Positions 1-12,984 of a stretch of 64,000 bases of DNA are shown here, in pieces (the first letter of the stretch is position 1; the number at the start of each line of letters is the position of its first letter). The notes under the pieces are model-generated. The model saw nothing but the letters and a program-made list of their open reading frames with translations. It was not told the DNA's origin and did not search any database. Source of the DNA: Yuukianura sp. NJ FZ-2021. Taxonomy: Eukaryota. Position numbers and translations under genes: made by a program. Where the stretch lies: positions 4,216,001 to 4,280,000 of the forward strand of contig CM102288.1 in NCBI GenBank assembly GCA_046563655.1, in the 5' to 3' direction.

Positions 1-639
1 AAGCCAGACAATGGGCAAGAGAAATGAATGGAGAGAGTACGTCGTAGTAAAATCCATATAACGGCTTCTCCACTCCACTACCCAAATACTACACGTACAC
101 ACCTAAACATATGATACACATAGACATTGTAGACAGAATTCGCAGAAACCAATTGGCCAAACTGCGTTCTTCCGTCGTATTCGCAAAAACCTTGAAATCA
201 TTTTTTGCGCCTCTTGAGTTCAACTGAACAAAAACTGTTGGTGACTCTTGGTACCTCTCATCATATGCACAAGGTAACTTTAATATCCGACAACTCCGTC
301 GTTATGTCTAATTTCGCATTCTTTCTGTTGTCTGTTTACATTTCTGCGTCGTAAATGTCCCCCAGAGCGTCATAAGATCAAAGTTCATCTTCCCAAACAC
401 TAAGCACTTTCATTGAAACGTGTTTAGGTACTCCTAGACAGGTCCGGCTCAGATTGGCTCTGCTGCCTTCTTGATTTATTACACTCGTCAATTGGGCTTT
501 GTTTGTTGACGTGGTCGGAAACTGAACTAGCGCCTTCAGTCAACAACTTATCACCCCCGTCCCCATCAAACTTTCATCCACCTCCAACACTAACGGAACA
601 ATCCACTAATTAATTGGACTCTTTTCTGTGTTTAGGAAG

Positions 640-2435
640 ATGTCACAAGACGTAATAGTGGCCGTGGACAAGGACAAAGTTCCGCAGACGTCTTCCCTTG
701 AAACTACTTCGTCACAACCACAGGAATCGCCAGCCTTGGAAAACGCTGCAAAAGATGGAGAGACCAAGTCCACGATTGACAACGTATTGACTGAGCAGGA
801 ATCCATGGTGCTCTCAAAGACTGAAACGCCGGATGTCGTTAATGGAACGTTTCCATTTCCACCTCCTTCGTCGGTGAATCCCCTGGAACCTGTTCCTCGG
901 TTTCTGCGAATTGTGGAAGGAATTGATAAGCTGAGAAGAGCAATTGGAAAAGAACTGACCAGTCCAACTTCCAATGAAAAGTGCAGTAACTTGCCCCATC
1001 TTCTATCGATTGTCCACATCCTCTTAAGGTCACACACTGAAGGACCACTGTTGGGATGTGGCGAAAACGGATCCGGAGACTTAGAAATTCCGTCGGCCGT
1101 TCTCAAACCATTTTACTACGTTCCGAAGAAGACGAAGAAGAGGACCCGATTTATTGTGGACATCGTCTCAGCTGATGGAGCTGAGTGGAGCAAGATCTCT
1201 GCTAGAAACCCACGGTCACTGTCTCTCCTAGCCTCGGGCGGTGGTGGATTTGGCCAAAAGTCTATGATTGATCATGCAAAGGATTACAAGCAATGTGCGC
1301 AACAACATCAACGATTCTTCAAGCCACCACTTGTGAGTTATAAAGTAACTCAGATTCAAAGTTTTTAGAAGTTCAATCAATATGTTTTTGTTTTTTGTTA
1401 GATCAAGTTTGTTTTTGCCAGTGGAATCGGAAGTGGCCTGGCAGTAAAACTGGAGAGCCTTGGAATTAAAGTAGAAGGAGAGCGAATAGCCGATGAGGAA
1501 CTGGCAATTCATCCAAGATTGAAGCCGTATAAGGAACTGCTCATGGAGTCTGATTCCAATTCTGAGAAATCGACTGAGTTGAGTGAAGACTCTGTGGATG
1601 GCCACTGCTCCGAAGAAACGACGACTAGCACCAAAGATGAAGGAGGTGGACAAAATGGAGACATGCTGTCTGTGCCCAGCAATACCAAACCATCCACCCT
1701 CATTCGGAATTCACGACTCGAGGGAATTGTGAAACTGAATTTGGATATTACTGCTCTTCTGGCCTATTGTTCAAATCTTACGAATGGACACACAAACGTA
1801 ACCTTCAAGTCACAGATCCTCACTCAACAATTACAAATGGAAAAACTTCGACCACAAAAACCAGTTCTGGAGTCCATTTTCCAAGGTAATGGAATCCGAA
1901 TGAGTTTTACATCAATTGGAACTAAAAGAATGGATTCATAATACTTGCAGGGCGTGACCTCTACTGTTGTGAGATGGCATACAAAGAGTTCAAGGCTATT
2001 TTGCAAACTGTCGGAGGTCTACAGGAACAACGTCGTGCAGCGGAATTCCTGCGACGAGTGACTGTCGTTCCAGATCAAATATCCGAAAGGTCCAGGAATC
2101 TTGCTGTTATCGGTTCAATCAAACTACGGTCTGTCACGATATTTGGAACAGGAGACTCAATTCAGGCTGTAACAGTTACAGCAAATTCAGGGTTCGTGCG
2201 TTCTGCCACGGCACAAGTAAGAGTTTCAGCTGAAAACGCAATTCAGGAAGACAAAAACGCAATTCAAGATGAAAAATTCATAACTTTTATTTACATGTGA
2301 AAAGTACTTTTCTTATTTTTGTTTTTGTTTTTGTAGGGTATTGACTATCCAGTTTTTCTACACGAGTCTCGTGCATTGACTGAGGAGAAGGAGAATTTGA
2401 ACTCATTTTTTGCGTCGCTCAAATTCAATTGCTGA
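640..2435 (+). CDS. UPF0415/C7orf25-like protein (DUF1308 family), 4 coding exons
   Basis: Exons 640-1332, 1402-1885, 1951-2216 and 2337-2435 splice in frame at GT-AG sites. Motifs CSNLPHL, VDIVSADGAEWSKISARNP, LNLDITALLAYCSNL, IFGTGD...TVTANSGFVRSA and terminal HESRALTEEKE match the family. Confidence 0.85.
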
Positions 2436-2547
2436 AATTAGAGAAGACAAGTGGGAATTACCTACTAAAATACGTAAATTGAAGAATGGACTGGTGCTGG
2501 TGCTTAAGAATTGCCATTTATCATCACAAGAACCTCAGCATATTTTC

Positions 2548-4175
2548 CTACCTTGAGGATTCAGGCAAGTCATCTGGGTCACTCACTTGACCTCTGGCTG
2601 CTCGTCGCCAAGTCATTTCTGGCTCAGTGATTTGTCGGTAGTGAGCCTTCTTCTCTTCCAAAGTGGGAGCTGAAGAGCCTTTCCCAGTCTTCCGCTTCTT
2701 CTTGTCATCTTGTTCGTTGTAAGCCTCGTTCAGTTCCATGTTCTCTTCAAACAGGTCATGTTCATACCCTAAACAAAACAATCATCACATTAACTTTAAT
2801 AATAACTTTGGAAGAGGTCAGAGGTCAAACTGTTCCTTTTTTACATAGATTAGTTTTATAGTGTCCAGTCAGGCAACGCGGCAGCTTTCTTTTCCTTCTT
2901 TTTTTTTTAAATTAGATTTTGTAGGAGTAGCACTTACTCTTCCCTCCATTCCAATGAACTTGGTTTTAATTAGACTAGTTTAAATTTTCAATTAATTAAC
3001 TTTTAGTTGAGTTTCCTCTTTGAGAAGACTGAAATTCTCCGGTTTTTGCCTTTTCTTGTCAAAACACAATTTTCCTCCATATCATATTCCTACTTAGGGT
3101 CAAAGGTCAAACTTATTTATAATATAGTTACTGTGTAGTGGGTTTTTATTTATTAATTAGCAAAACTTATACTTAATTAATTCCAGTTTGATTCAGGGTA
3201 TTCTGTTATGCTTTTGTAACTCGCTTCCGATTTAGCTTTACTTTTGTGTGGGTATTTTTTAATATTAGAGTTTAGAATGGGCGTTCCTGGTTGGTTGAAT
3301 TAAAACAATGGGTGGAAATGATTAAATTAAATGTCCATTAACTTATTGTTAATTGATTAATTGTGTTTACTTACTTTCAATCATAGGGAGGTTGTCTGGA
3401 TGGAGGTCCTTGGTTTGTTCCAACCAATCACGACACAGTTCCGGTTCAGAGAGGTTGAACAGTGCTCGAGCCTTGAGCAATTTTGCTTTGAGACTGCGCG
3501 GGTTGAGGTCAAGGGCTTGGTTGAGGTCCTCAATGGCTTTGGAGGGGATCCTGGATCGAATCCAGGTCAGAGCTCTGTTGGTATAGAGACAAGGACTGTC
3601 TTTCACTAGGTCAATTGCCTGGAACATCACAAGGTCATGAAAAGGTCAAAGGTCATCAATTCAAAGAACTAGTTATCCAGAACCTTGCTGTAGTTGTCCA
3701 GTGCTTGGGCGTATTCGCGCCGTTTGAATGCGTCGTTTCCTTTGGCACGGAATGCATCCGCTTTCTCCTTGCATTCGCGTCTTTGGCGCGCTCTTTCGGC
3801 GGCATCTTTTTCAACCATTCGCATAAACGCTTCTTGGTCCACAGAATCTCCAGCAGCACATTCCGAAGGATCGGAGGTCACTGGCTTGTTGATGACAGTT
3901 CGGTCACTTGTTACCTTTGTAGCCGATTCCCCATCAGGGTCACCTCTATCCCCTAAAAACAGAAATTGAAATGTTACTGATTCGTTCTGTATTTTTAAAA
4001 TGGAAATTGACCTTTGACCTTTATCGCACAGGAGAATGTCAGCTTGACGCAGTGCTTTTTCCTGTTCTTTTGAATCTTCTGATACAAGGCCTTCGACAAT
4101 TTTCGAAATTTCGTCAACTCGAGACAAGAAGTTCTCAAATTCAGGATCACTTGGATTTTTCAAAATGGCGTCCAT
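2548..4175 (-). CDS. TTC12: TTC12-like TPR protein (N-terminal plus TPR region only, about 300 aa)
   Basis: EFENFLSRVDEI, DRTVINK, QEAFMRMVEKDAAERA followed by three TPRs (GNDAFKRREYAQAL...LYTNRAL...LKAKLLKARAL); 4 exons in consistent phase. Confidence 0.75.
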
Positions 4176-4635
4176 TTTTGAAAAATCAACACGTTTTTTG
4201 ACAAATTTCAAAAATAGCAACTTTCTGCTAACGAAAACTTTACGCATTTATTGTGAACTTCAAAGCTTCTGTTTGCTTGTTTGTTCAATTTAGCAGGAAA
4301 CCATAGCAACCGTGTTTTTTGAATTTTAAAATATTCCATGATGCTGAAAATCAGTATTTTTCCATAATGTAGGAAGAAAAAAAAAGACAGAGTTTGTTGC
4401 AAAAACTGACCTCTGACCTTGTTGCCTGTCTTGATAAAGTCTTGCATGAAAATGACCTTCAAAAATTGAGGCGGACAACACGATATCAATTTTTCAAAAG
4501 CGTCACACATCCAGTTTCCACAAAGAATTTCTCAAGATCACGTCGCAGTTTCTTCCAAACTTTCTACCGAAGCGCAACTAAATAATCTAAAATTTCACTT
4601 CCAAATTTTACATTTCTAGAAGAAACATTTTGAAA

Positions 4636-6015
4636 ATGGCAAACTGGGTACCGACTCAAGTGATTCGTCCAACGGAAGAGCAAGCACTTCCAGACGAACT
4701 TACTTTCGTTGACACTGGTTATGGCAAGGACTATGTCAAGCTGCTCCACATTCGTCGTGATGGTCAAAAGCATTACATCAAAGAACTCGAGGTCAACACC
4801 CAGTTGACCTTGGACTCCAAAAAGGTCAGCACAAAATCCTGACCTTTACTGTTTAAAAATTTGAAATTTTGAAAAAAAAGTTTAAAAAATTGATTTTTTT
4901 CGTTTAGGACTACTTGTTTGGCGACAACTCTGACATCGTGGCGACTGATTCACAGAAGAACACTGTCTATGTGATGGCCAAGAACCACGGTGTCAAGTCC
5001 CTGGAAGAATTTGGACTGTTGTTGTGTTCTCATTTCCTGTCCAAGTACCCCCATGTCAACAAGGTTCGCATATGCATAGAAGAACATCCTTGGGATCGAC
5101 TCGTCTCGGACGGAATTCCGCACAACCACGCCTTCATCTCCACTCCAGTCGCCGTCCGCTTCTCTACAGTCACTTGTCGACGCGGAGGTAACTTTTCTAA
5201 CACAAAAATTGCTAAAAAGTCAGTTTTTTTTTCTGAAATTGCGAAGTTTTTAGCTTCTGATGGATAAGTTGAATGTCGAAACTTTTTGCACAACGTTGAC
5301 TTTCCCAATGCATGCCAAGTTGTTTGTGATAAGAGATGGAGTAATATTGGTTTCATAAGTTAACCTCAGAGGTCAAGCGCACTGTAGCCAAAAGGCGTTG
5401 CTCCAGGTCACTCTACTTTCTGACCTTACGTCATTTTTTTTTCAGCTCTGCCTGAAATTGTTTCTGGGCTGAAGAATTTACGCGTGATGAAGACGACCCA
5501 AAGTGCTTTTGAGCATTTCATCCACGACGAATTTGCTACGCTGCCGGATACGCCGGATCGGATTTTCAGCACAATTGTGTACTCCAAATGGCACTATGGA
5601 ACTACGAATGGAGTCGACTATGATTTGGCCTGGTACAGTTTCATCCAAATTTCAAATTTTCATTTTCATAAAAACCGTTTTTGAATTGAGTTTTTGGTAA
5701 CTTTTGTTCAGGAATACTGTGCGTGACTGCATTCTGGATGCCTTTGCTGGTCCGCCTGACACTGGAGTCTTTTCACCCTCAGTGCAGAACACTCTGTACA
5801 TTGCCGAGAAGAACGTCCTGGAACGCATTCCGCAAATGGCCAAGATCGAAGTTGTTCTGCCGAACAAGCACTACTACCCAATTGACTTTTCAAAGTTTAG
5901 CAAAGTCGGACTGAGATCAAACGATGACGTGTTCCTACCAGGGGACAAACCAGCGGGCTCAATTTCTGCTGTCCTGGGACGAAAAAGTCATTTGAATTTG
6001 AGCGCTAAATACTAA
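4636..6015 (+). CDS. Uro: Uricase (urate oxidase)
   Basis: [52 protein letters not shown] and PNKHY are uricase signature motifs; 4 exons. Confidence 0.97.
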
Positions 6016-6237
6016 AGTCATTGGCCAACCTTTTGCGAACAAACTAAAAAATTGTGAATATTTTACTCGAAATAAGGTTGCCTAGACAACTGCCCCCTAC
6101 TTAGCCTCATGTAAAACCAAATCAACGAATAAACAACTCCTTTCTGACTTTGACTTGCGCACAGTCCGAAGTTTCCGGAAACGTTAAAAAGTTTGTCACA
6201 GAGTCCAAACTTTGCCGAGAGAGTAGAATTGTTTCTG

Positions 6238-7771
6238 ATGATGGAATTCGTGTCGTATGTCACGGTAGTAGTGACATGCTTGGTCGTCCTGGGTGGTGTC
6301 CAGGAGACTTACTGTACTGGCCTGGGGCAAAATTGTCATAGTGACCCCAGTGGGTGTGGAAGGGACGTGCCCAACAGTGAGTGTCCAGATATGGGTGCAG
6401 CCAGTTCCTGTGAATGTAAAAAGGGCTTTGTTCAAGCCGGGAGTGCTTGCGTGACGCCAGACCAAGTGAAGCCACCACCAGGCCCACCAGGACCCGGAAA
6501 ACCGACTTCAGGCCCAGGAGGACCAACACTCCAAACATTCGGCGGCTCATGCACTTCCAATGGTTAGTTTATTAGGAAACAACTTCATTACTTTACCAAT
6601 TTTAACTTTTTACCAATTTAACTTTTAATTTTTAAAAACTTTCTTAGACAATTGCATGACCCAAGGTGGTTTGAAGTGTGTGAATAAGAAGTGCGCATGT
6701 AATGGAGGACTGGATTGGATTGATTCCCGCTGCCGGAAGCCAGTAAGCGACAAGAAATGCACTCCCGGTGCTATCCGTAAGTTCAGAAATTAAGTTAATC
6801 CAAATTACAAAAGCTCTTTTCTGAAAAATGACGAGTGTTTTGTATGAATTTGTGAACTAGCGGACGATTGCACGGCAGAAGCTGTTCGCAACATGGAGTG
6901 TAACAATGCGACTCTCAAATGCCAATGTCCACCGCATATGTCTTTTTCCGTGGAGGACGACGCTTGTAAACTGAAGGCAGGAGAGAATTGCGTGATCAAA
7001 GTGGACAATGGAACGGATGTATACGAACATGACAATTGTGCCAGTCACCACTGCCAAGATCAGAAAACTGACCCCGATACTTATCAAAAATGTGAATGCA
7101 AAGATGTCAACAACATGAAACAGATTTGGTCTTCTGAGCCTGGAGAAAACTGCGTTCCTAACTTTTACGACGTCGAATGCAAAGGTTCCAAAACACTGCA
7201 TGTAAAAGGTCAAAGGTCAAATTCTTACAATATGATTTGATATAGATAAGTCCGACTGTCGCTGGCCATTGTTCAACACAAGTCGCAAGGGGCTGGTATG
7301 CAAAAATGGACGTTGCGCCTGTGAAGAAGGTTTGACGTTCTCCCATGGCTTCTGCGTCGTTGCCAAAGCATTGTACAACGAAATGTGTGATCCTCGTAAG
7401 TGACCTTGCCCGTGACCTTTAGCCTCTTTCCTGAAATCTTTTCGTTTTTAGGTGGAATAGATGTTACCTGTAAGACTGATAATTTGACGATGCTGTCGTG
7501 CAAAGACATTGGGAAAGGGTCCTATCGCTGCGTGTGTCTTCTGAAGGAAATTACGCGTGGTAAAGGCAAACGTACAATCACTTTATTCTGGAATCATGAC
7601 TCGAAAATTTGCGATTTGAAACCGAATGGGGAGAGATGCAATGGAGCCTACGAATGCAGAAGTGGATACTGCCGGGAGAAATGCATGACCTACGCCCCTG
7701 GTAAAGCCAAAGGTCACCTCACAACTGCAAGTCTCTTCACGATTTGTCTCACTCTGCTAAACATGTTCTAA
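6238..7771 (+). CDS. Cysteine-rich secreted or surface-anchored protein with EB/EGF-like modules and a Pro/Gly linker
   Basis: Hydrophobic N-terminus MMEFVSYVTVVVTCLVVLGGVQE, repeated CxC modules (CECKKGF, CQCPPHM, CVCLLK) and a hydrophobic C-terminal tail (LTTASLFTICLTLLNMF, possible GPI signal); several short introns. Confidence 0.7.
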
Positions 7772-7912
7772 CTTCCTAAAAGCATCACGCATAAATAACA
7801 TAAGAACATTTATACAAACATTTTAAAACATTTGAAGATTCTTTTTCGAAAAAGTTGAAGTAAATGGCGACATTTGTTAAATTAGTTGCGATTTTCGTTT
7901 AGTTTGTGCATG

Positions 7913-8886
7913 TTAATCTGCCTTTTCTCCCTCTTCTTCATGCGTGACGTTCACTCCATTTACTTTCTTGATGTGCGGAATTCTCTTGCCAATTTCTTTC
8001 CCAAAATCCTTTTCAGTTATTCCAGCAGCAGTCAAGAAACGCTCATGAACTGGACATCCTAAAAGTGAAACCACAATTAAACTTAATTGTAATTAAGCAA
8101 GTAGGTTAAAATATGCAATGAAGTATTTCCATGTTTGACCTGTGAGCACGAGTTCCTCCAATTTCGGAAGTTCAACCAATCGATTCACTTCGGACAACTC
8201 GCGAACCTTTAAAAAAGTCAAATTCGAAATTAACTTTTTAGTTAATCAAGTCAATTCCACAATTAAGTTAAATGACTTACGGCATTGCAGGCGACATAGA
8301 GTGCCCGTAGTTTTTTGCAAGACAAAACTCCTCTGGTGGGTTTGTCAATTTGATTGTACGACGCCCAAATTTCTTCAAGTGTCTCCGCACAAACTTCCTT
8401 CAAAAATTAGCAACAATTGACATTAGATTGTAAATCTGTTCAAAAGTTCAATTTTTAAAGTGAATGGAATTTCTTACGACGCCCTGTAGAGACTTGATCA
8501 AATTTCGTCCAACAGACAGGATTTTGAGAAACTTCAGTGAATTGAGATTGCTGATTTTGTCAATCATGTTCGTATTCAGAGACAGAAGTTCGCACTTTGG
8601 AAAAAGTGAAGTCGAACCATCCATTTTCCTAAAAAGAGTGAAAAAAGTGAGACTTTGACCTTTGACCTCTAAATTGACCTTACTCGATTGGTGGAATCCA
8701 CATTTGAAACTTGACTTCCGTTTGATCCGCAAGTTTCTTCCCTTCTTTGTCCTCCCACATCTTTGTGGCTTCCTTCAAAGAAATTCTTTGCTTTCCCGGG
8801 AGCTGATACGCCTAAATCAATTAAAAATTAATCAATTAATCACAACTAACTAGACTTTTCAATTTAAAATCAATGTGTCTTACCAT
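7913..8886 (-). CDS. DNAL1: Axonemal dynein light chain 1 (LRR protein)
   Basis: An ATG-only first coding exon, then [14 protein letters not shown]...WIPPIEKMDG...[38 protein letters not shown]...[12 protein letters not shown]...[13 protein letters not shown], assembled from short exons. Confidence 0.85.
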
Positions 8887-9074
8887 TATGAGTAATCGTT
8901 GAATACGATGCACTAAACGAAGAAAAACTCAAAGTTTTTTGATTGAACTTGTCAACCCACCTTGAAAAAACTTTTGCAAATTGAAAAAAAGCGAGACTTT
9001 TAGCAGAATCACAACAAAAAAGAAGAATGTTTTATTTTACGAAATGTTGTCAAAAGTTTGTTTTGAGTTGGTTG

Positions 9075-9889
9075 TCATGACGACAAAGAAGATGACTGCT
9101 TCAAGTACATGGGTCCTTTGCGTTTCCGGAAGTGATCGTTCTTGACTTTTTCTGGAAGGAAACTTAGAAGTGTTTTGACTAGAAGAGAAAATCCAGATTG
9201 AGGACAGGAGCTGAATTCGGTAGCACAAAGGCCACGGTCATCGCCCAGGCCAATGACGATGGCTCGCTTGTACTCCAATGGCAAATCAACTAAGGTTCCA
9301 CTGTGAAAACAAAGCAATTTAAAGTTACAATTCTTAAGTTAAGTCCATAACTGTAAAAATAACCTGAAGATGCTGTAGATTTCATGAACTTTGGGTGGTA
9401 AGACTTGAAAAGCAGCGTGGGCATGACATAGAGCCAACAACTGGCAGTTAGCACCTAGGTCCTTGGCGTCCATCCAGAAGAAAAGTGAGTCCAGAGAGGA
9501 GGGAGGCTGGACAAAGTTTGAAAAGAGGCGGGGTGAGGCTGTCAACATGTCGTCACTGTTGCCCAGAACGTATTTCTTGGAGGGAATGCCAAAGAAGTAG
9601 CCAAAGGGAGACGTAATAACGCCAAAGAACAAGATGAACAGCAGCCCAACACTGATGGCCACACTCACAACTCCAGCGATTGGTCGAATGAACAAATTGG
9701 CAATGTCGTACGGAACGCCTGCAATTTCAAACCAAAATTCAAGGGTTAAAAAATAATTGTGGGAGTTAGTACATGAGTTAACTTACCCATTTTCATTCCC
9801 ATTGACATTGGCATGACATACTGTGACTTTCCTTTCACTTCGGTCGCACTGTAGCACAAAAGAACCAGGAACAACCAAACGCAGCCCAT
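9075..9889 (-). CDS. Uncharacterised protein with signal peptide, one TM segment and Cys-containing C-terminal domain
   Basis: Exon 1 MGCVWLFLVLLCYSATEVKG..., exon 2 hydrophobic AGVVSVAISVGLLFILFFGVI and CQLLALCHAH, exon 3 LCATEFSSCP; canonical splice sites. Confidence 0.6.
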
Positions 9890-10359
9890 TTTTTTTGAAA
9901 GTTTTACGAAATCCGTCCTGCAGAAAAAAACTGGACAGACGCAGTTATACAGTGGATAAAAGATTCAAACTTTTAGAAAAATGGTGGAACATGGTTAGGA
10001 AGTTCAACTTAAGCGGAAGCTCTCTAGAATGAGAAAGTGAAATGAATATGTTGAAGGGCCCTTGACCCTTGAAAACGAACTGTATTTGTGTGTTTCATCA
10101 CTAAATGAGCATTTAATGATCCTTGAACTTCACAACTTTCAAATAACTCCAAAATAGAAATCTCAAAATAAGAAAAGTTTGTCTCCATTTCGAAGTCACT
10201 CTGCCTCTCTTCTTTCACTCTATTTCGCATTCCGCATTAAACGCAACGACTAACAATTAAATTTCGAATATTTAAAAATGAAACGTCCCAAAACTTGCAT
10301 CGGTCTTACACTTCGTCTTGAACGTTCAGCGTTTGGATTGTGTTTGTCCTTGCGATGTT

Positions 10360-12419
10360 TTAGTGTTGGCTCCATTTGATACTTTTCAAGTCAACTCCTT
10401 CTTGCACCATTTCCCACAGAGGACTACAAAAATTAAAAAAACAAACAAACGAAAATTGAAATGCTGATCAATGTTTTTTGTTGAATTGATTGGTCGTAGT
10501 TACCTCATTTCTCTGAGTCGTTGTGCTTGCATGATGCATTTGTCTGCAGTGTAGTCCACTTCCTTTTCCGTCGTGAATCGCCCAATTCCAAACCGAATTG
10601 AAGAATGTGCCAAGTCCTCGTCAGCTCCAATTGCTCTAAGGACGTAGGAAGGTTCAAGGGATGCAGAAGTACAAGCACTTCCACTCGACAGAGCCACGTC
10701 CTTCAACGCCATCAACAAACTCTCACCTTTTCAAAAAGTTCACAAAAATTAAAAATCAAAACTCAGAGAGTTTGAAAGAAAAACTTTGTTTAGTTTTTAC
10801 CTTCAATGTAAGCAAAGGAAATGTTGACACAGCCAGGGTAGCACTCCTTCGCGTCTCCGTTTCGGATAATGTGAGTCAAGGATTTACTCAGTCTGTTGAT
10901 AAATCTCTCGGACAAATACTCCACCCTCCGAAGATCGTACTAAACAAACAGTACTTTTTGAAATTTTGACAAAGATTTTAAACTTCTTTGGTCAAACTTA
11001 CTTTCATTTCCTGTTTGGCAATTTCACAGGCAGCTCCAAAGCCAACGACCAGCGGAGTTGGAACTGTGCCACTCCGGAGTCCTCTCTCTTGCCCACCGCC
11101 ACTGAAAATCGGTTCGAGACGCACACGCGGCCTTCTCCTGGCAAACAGCGCTCCGATACCCTTCGGCCCATAGATTTTATGACCACTGGAAGAAATACAA
11201 TGCGACAACTGATGGAATGGAAGAGATTCAACTAACGTGTGTAATTTCGACGACTATTACCTGATTGACATTAGGTCAATATTCATGTCCTCCACGTCCA
11301 TATCGATCTTCCCTACAGCTTGAGCCGCATCCGTGTGAAAAAATATCTTCCTCTCTCGACAAAGTTTGCCAATCGTGGCAATTGGTTGTTTGACTCCAAT
11401 CTCATTGTTGACTGACATTATGGTGACAAGACTCGTCTCTGGAGTCATAGCCTCAATCAACTCATCCAGGTTGATGATTCCGTTCGTCTGAACTGGAAGA
11501 TATGTCACCTTGAATCCTTCTGCTTCTAGTGCTCGGCAAGAATCCAACACACATTTGTGTTCCTGTGGATAAACAGAATTTGTGTCACAAATCGACAAAT
11601 GAAAACTGATTACATCGGAATTTTAAACTTTACAAGCATCCTACGTATGATTGCAAGGGCTTTTCCCCCCTGGTCCATTCAATAGTTCTAATTTTTAGCC
11701 TGACCAAGACTTTTTCAAAACGTAATATGCTAGAAAGTTAGAAGGTTTTTTTTTATCTTACTGTTTGGGTTGTTATAATGTGATTTTTCTTCGATCGGTA
11801 AAAATGGGCAACTCCTTTGATGGCAATGTTGTTTGACTCTGTTGCTCCAGACGTAAAAATGATTTCCTTTGGATCAGCCCCGATTATATCTGCAACATGC
11901 TACGACAAAGATAAAAGATTTACGAAATACTTAGAAACCATGAATGGAAACAAATCCTGTTACCTTTCGAGCAGTTTCCACTGCTTTTTCACTTTCCCAT
12001 CCATATGCATGTGTCCTGGAGTGAGGATTGCCATAGAATGAAGTGAGGTATGGTAACATGGCGTCCAGAACACGAGGATCCAGAGGAGTAGTTGCTTGAG
12101 CATCCAAGTACAAAGGTCGCCCAACAACTCCGTCCACAGTGATTGTCATCCCATCTGAAAAATGAACAAGGTAATATTTTTCGCAACTCTCCAGTTGAAG
12201 TACTAAAGGAATACGGAACATACCTAGTTGTTCTACGATACGCCTAGCTTCAACGGTTTCTGATTCAACGATGTTGTGAAGAAATCGCGAATGAGCCAAT
12301 GGTGATACGAAGGCATTGGGATTTGACAGATGAAGGGATTGACATGGAGCAGTAGCGAGAGCCCTGCCACTCAACTTGGAGGCAATCCCATAAGCTTTCC
12401 TTGCAATATTCGCCGCCAT
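10360..12419 (-). CDS. NFS1: Mitochondrial cysteine desulfurase
   Basis: [56 protein letters not shown] (PLP lysine), [17 protein letters not shown] (catalytic Cys) and terminal IKWSQH. Confidence 0.98.
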
Positions 12420-12984
12420 CAAAAGACGACCGGGTCAGGTCAATATAATATGAATACAGTAGCTGTAAAGAAAAAAAACCAAAAGTGAATGATATTGACA
12501 GTTATTGTAAAGTTTAGAAGAACGTAAAGTAAGCTTATTACCGTATCAAGATTCCAACCCACGCAACTTCCTTCTTTTATCCGGTGTTCGCTCTATCAAC
12601 GCTATAATCAGTTAGTCTAAGTAAATTACTTTTCTCTAACTTACTAATTAATACGTGACGGACTAGCGATAAGTGACGACGTTCTAAAAAGTTTGTTGTA
12701 AAATTTTTTGAATTTCTGAAAAGAATTTCCGCAATTCTGTCTCACATACTAACGAGTTGTCTAATTATCAGATAACTGTGTCAGCATTTTCACTTTTTGC
12801 AGAGAATTGGCCTCTTTCACAACTTTGCGTTGAGACAAAAAGTGCGCCAACTCTTTTTGAAAAACATAAATAAAGTAAAAAAGAAACACAAAAATCAAAA
12901 CCAAAGTGCAGAAAATGAACATTTTTGTGAGAACTTCGGATTTCTTTCATTTGTCATTTCATTTCAGGTTACTAAAGTTAAGTC
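12420..12984. promoter_or_regulatory. Divergent (bidirectional) promoter and 5' UTR interval between NFS1 and mS38
   Basis: The two ATGs point away from each other 566 bp apart; each has a 5' UTR splice acceptor just upstream. Confidence 0.6.

Larger units (their letters stand above)
2815..8680. promoter_or_regulatory. Cluster of nuclear-receptor-type DR1 motifs (RGGTCAnAGGTCA)
   Basis: Seen at 2815, 3097, 3643, 4008(-), 4407(-), 7207 and 8656(-), with extra half-sites at 3632, 7401, 7413 and 8675. Function not demonstrated. Confidence 0.55.

Noticed and set aside
606..1106. 166-aa minus-strand ORF and similar long antisense ORFs (e.g. 27091-28989 on +, 14535-15032 on -)
   Set aside because: Antisense shadows of real coding exons with no independent motifs.
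2232..2276. Short tandem duplication (AAAACGCAATTCA twice); similar one at 16079-16135
   Set aside because: Ordinary local slippage duplications in intron or intergenic DNA.
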